Of a stretch of 64,000 nt of DNA, positions 1 to 64,000 are shown one piece after another. The notes under the pieces were generated by a model, which was given only the letters and a program-made list of their open reading frames with translations, ran no database searches and was not told the DNA's origin. The translations under genes were made by a program, and so were the position numbers. How positions within the stretch are numbered: position 1 is the first letter of the stretch; each line of letters begins with the position of its first letter. The stretch spans positions 251,782,001-251,846,000 of the forward strand of contig OZ024742.1 in the NCBI GenBank assembly GCA_964016885.1, given 5' to 3'. This DNA comes from Eledone cirrhosa (taxonomy: Eukaryota).

Positions 1-39
1 TTTCTGCCAAATATATTGAATTGAATTGAAAATAGTATG

Positions 40-363
40 TAGTAAAGAAAATAAGGCTCTGATTCCTTCTGGGAAATGGCCCTGCTCAGTGTGTAAGGAA
101 AGGGGTGGGTAGAAATTCCATCCTCTGTCCCAAATGCAAGCTATGGGTACACAAGAGATGTAGTGGAATCTCAGATAGGTTAACTAAGAACGTAGGTTTT
201 ACATGTGGCCATTGCACAGGAACAGTAAGTGACAAACACTCAAGAAACAAGTGCTATCAAATTCTTGGAAGGTTCCATAGAAGCAGTTGACAGCTTCTGC
301 TACCTAGATGACCAAATAAGCCGTGGAGGTGGGTGTGCCAAAAGTACAGTAGCGAGAGTGAGA
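40..363 (+). mobile_element. Degenerate RTE LINE fragment (PHD-like Cys cluster region)
   Basis: PSGKWPCSVC..GRNSILCPKCKLWVHKRCSG..FTCGHC, homologous to 28470..29405. Confidence 0.85.
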
Positions 364-379
364 ACGTGGTCGTAGCCTT

Positions 380-665
380 GAAACTGTGATTCCTCTGTGA
401 GAAGAGTTTGGCATGGTCAACTGGCCTGTCCCTCCTCATAGCAGTGCCATCCAGTTCCACTCTGCAAATGTGGTTGCTGCACCAAACTGTGGTTCCACTT
501 TGAGAAGGGTTTGGTGCAGCCAACTGCCCTGAACCACCCCCCCCCCCTCATAGTGGTGCCATCCAGTTCCAGGTTCCCAAACTGTGGTTCTGTTGTGTGA
601 AGGGTTCAGTGTGGCCCACTGGCCTGTCCCTCCTCGTAGCAGTGCTATCCAGTTCCACACTGTAA
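380..665. repeat. About 3 diverged ~100-bp tandem units
   Basis: Recurring ggcctgtccctcctc-tagcagtgc-atccagttcc and aaactgtggttc..gaagggtt. Confidence 0.55.
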
Positions 666-2064
666 TTGTAAGGTGAAGGAGATGCACTGGAAGAGCCATT
701 CCATCTCATGAGGCTCACACCTGCGGTTAGCCAGCTCAGCGCCTATGGTGGTGAGTAGGGAGGTAGCCCTAGGGCCAAGGACACCAGAAGTCTCGACTGC
801 AAATCTGTCAGAGAGCGACCGATATTGGAGAGTTTACTCTCCTCAGCCCGAAATGCAGCAGAGTCTGGGTTAGTTGCAGACTGCACCAGGTTGCCGCTAG
901 AGAATGTGTTGCTGCATGTGGAATCCCAGACGAGGGGATTACCGCCACAGAAAGGAAGATGGTCATACTATCTGGCCTTTTGCAGTCCCCTTGGTCCAGC
1001 CCCACCAACTTATGGCCTGAAAGACTATTATAAATTAAAGGGGGAAGAAGTTTGAGCCTTGTTGGGCCCTTGTCTGTGTAGCAAATTTATTGCTGTGCTC
1101 ATTGATAACTCTTAACTTTCCAACAGCACAGCATAACCCTCACAAGCAATCCATTGAATCCTTTATTGAGAAAACAAGAAAGCAATTATATATTGTTACA
1201 TATGAGGCAGTAGAACAGACTACTGCAATGTATTGTCTGTGCTTTGTTCATATGTAATCTACTTCACTTGAGAAGCTTCTAAACATGTATTTTCACCAGG
1301 AAATGTATTTAATATGGATAAGGTGGTAAATACATTCTGGGATAGGTGGAGTGTGTTACTTATTTTGTTATTGCATCTGATAAAATTTTATGAAATATAT
1401 TGTTGCTGGAGATGATGATGATTCTTCTTCTCCTCCCCCATCCTCATTCTGTTTTCCCAGCAAGCAAAAGTTGGACAGGTCTTCACAGACAGAGATAGTA
1501 CTCAAGTGGGACTACACACCTCACAGATGAACCAGGGCTTGTATCTTACTTAGATATGTCCTATGCTCTACTTAGTGCAGTTTATCATGACACCGCTGAA
1601 AGATCCTGCCCTTTGTTTGGCAAGCTTTCTACAGGTCAAGGCCCATCTTATCACCAATCATTTCACAGGGTTTACTGGATGCATTTATCATATCTGATGC
1701 AATTGAAGGGTCCCCCTGACCCTCTGTTTAGCAAAGAATTATTAATTCTAGAGAAGTAAGAGTTTGTTAACTTTGCTTAAATTTATTAAGAGCTACCAAA
1801 GGATTTGTTTACATGTAGTTTTGTTGGACTATTACAGGGATAAATATATTTTTTCAAATTATTTTATTGCAAATTTCATTTAAGTAGTATTGATAAAAAC
1901 AGCCTGTGAGTAAAATACTGAACCAAAACTATATGTAAAATATATGTGGTGATAACAAAACATACACATTTTATAATAGTGACACTAATTATGAAAAATG
2001 TTTTTTTTTTTTTTCAGAGTTCATAATATTGCTTCGATTGTTACATGTTGTTTACAATTGAAAA

Positions 2065-2070
2065 TTTATT
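2065..2070 (-). promoter_or_regulatory. Candidate polyadenylation signal AATAAA in helicase 3' UTR (another at 1863-1868)
   Basis: tttatt on the + strand downstream of the stop codon. The context is AT-rich, so this could be chance. Confidence 0.35.
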
Positions 2071-2151
2071 AAAGAAAAACTGCAGAAAATGACAAAATAA
2101 TAGATTATTTTGAATGAAATAGTACCAATCCGATAAAAACAAACATTTTGA

Positions 2152-63325
<61,174 letters not shown>

Positions 63326-63906
63326 CTATAAATTAATTAGAAGAAATTTGATCATTGAATAACAAAAATTTACAGATTAATGTAAGTATCTTTAGTCAGA
63401 TAGCCTAATTCCATAGTTTGCAGATTTTATGCATCTAATATTTATGTTTCACTACAATGACACAAGCCTGGTGAGCGGAAATGTGGGGTGCATGGAGATG
63501 GCTGGGTATGGAGATGGCTGCAATGTATATTATCTCACTAAATAGCAATTGGATGATTACTTGGGTTACAACTAAGGAAGTAAGAAAGAAGAGTGAACCA
63601 CTGCAAGGTAAGACATGGGCCTAACCGCTAAGTAAGCACAGCTCTGGGGTGTTTTTAAATGCTAATCGAGACAAGAAGAGGAGAGAAGTAGGCTTCACCA
63701 TCCACCCCTGGTCTATAATCTGGTTTTCTTAAGGACAAACTAGCTTCAACCTAATTCCTTTCGCACATAAAAATCAATACTAACTGATAAGTAAATAAGA
63801 CATACCTATTACTTCTATTTTTCCCCCTCTTAAGGGTACATATGTGTCTATGCATGTGTGTATGTATATACAGATGTGTGTGTATGTGCTTATATGTGTG
63901 CATGTG

Positions 63907-63939
<33 letters not shown>

Positions 63940-64000
63940 ATGTATATATATATATTTGTGTATATGTGTAAGTATGTAGATATGTGCGTGCAGGTGTGTA

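Noticed and set aside
808-1055. Short ORFs in a GC-richer patch
   Set aside because: No recognisable motifs or splice context; probably an unclassified repeat remnant.

Overview
AT-rich, repeat-dense eukaryotic (animal) genomic DNA. The repeat repertoire suggests a coleoid cephalopod such as Octopus (inference). The window is the 3' part of one minus-strand host gene, a HELZ/HELZ2-like Upf1-family (SF1B) RNA helicase. I reconstructed 9 phase-compatible coding exons (63325 to 2152, about 862 aa). They encode one intact helicase module followed by a catalytically dead, truncated second module, with no recognisable RNB domain. The introns hold young and old RTE LINEs in (TA)n arrays, a nearly intact Penelope-like element (RT + GIY-YIG) with pseudo-LTRs, a full-length Tx1-like LINE in the (AAT)8 tail of an R4/Dong fragment, a DD37D/maT transposon with a nested Helitron remnant, tRNA-derived SINEs, satellites and a 200-N gap. 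Several minimal hammerhead ribozymes are present. The best finding is in both Penelope pseudo-LTRs: a 110-bp inverted repeat of a hammerhead region whose arms differ at 37 positions, all A-to-G on the element's sense strand (G-U wobbles, no other mismatch). Reverting them restores a canonical hammerhead that matches an unedited relative at ~13.0 kb (58/60 nt). This looks like ADAR hyper-edited RNA written back into the genome and propagated by retrotransposition. All alignments and counts were done by hand.
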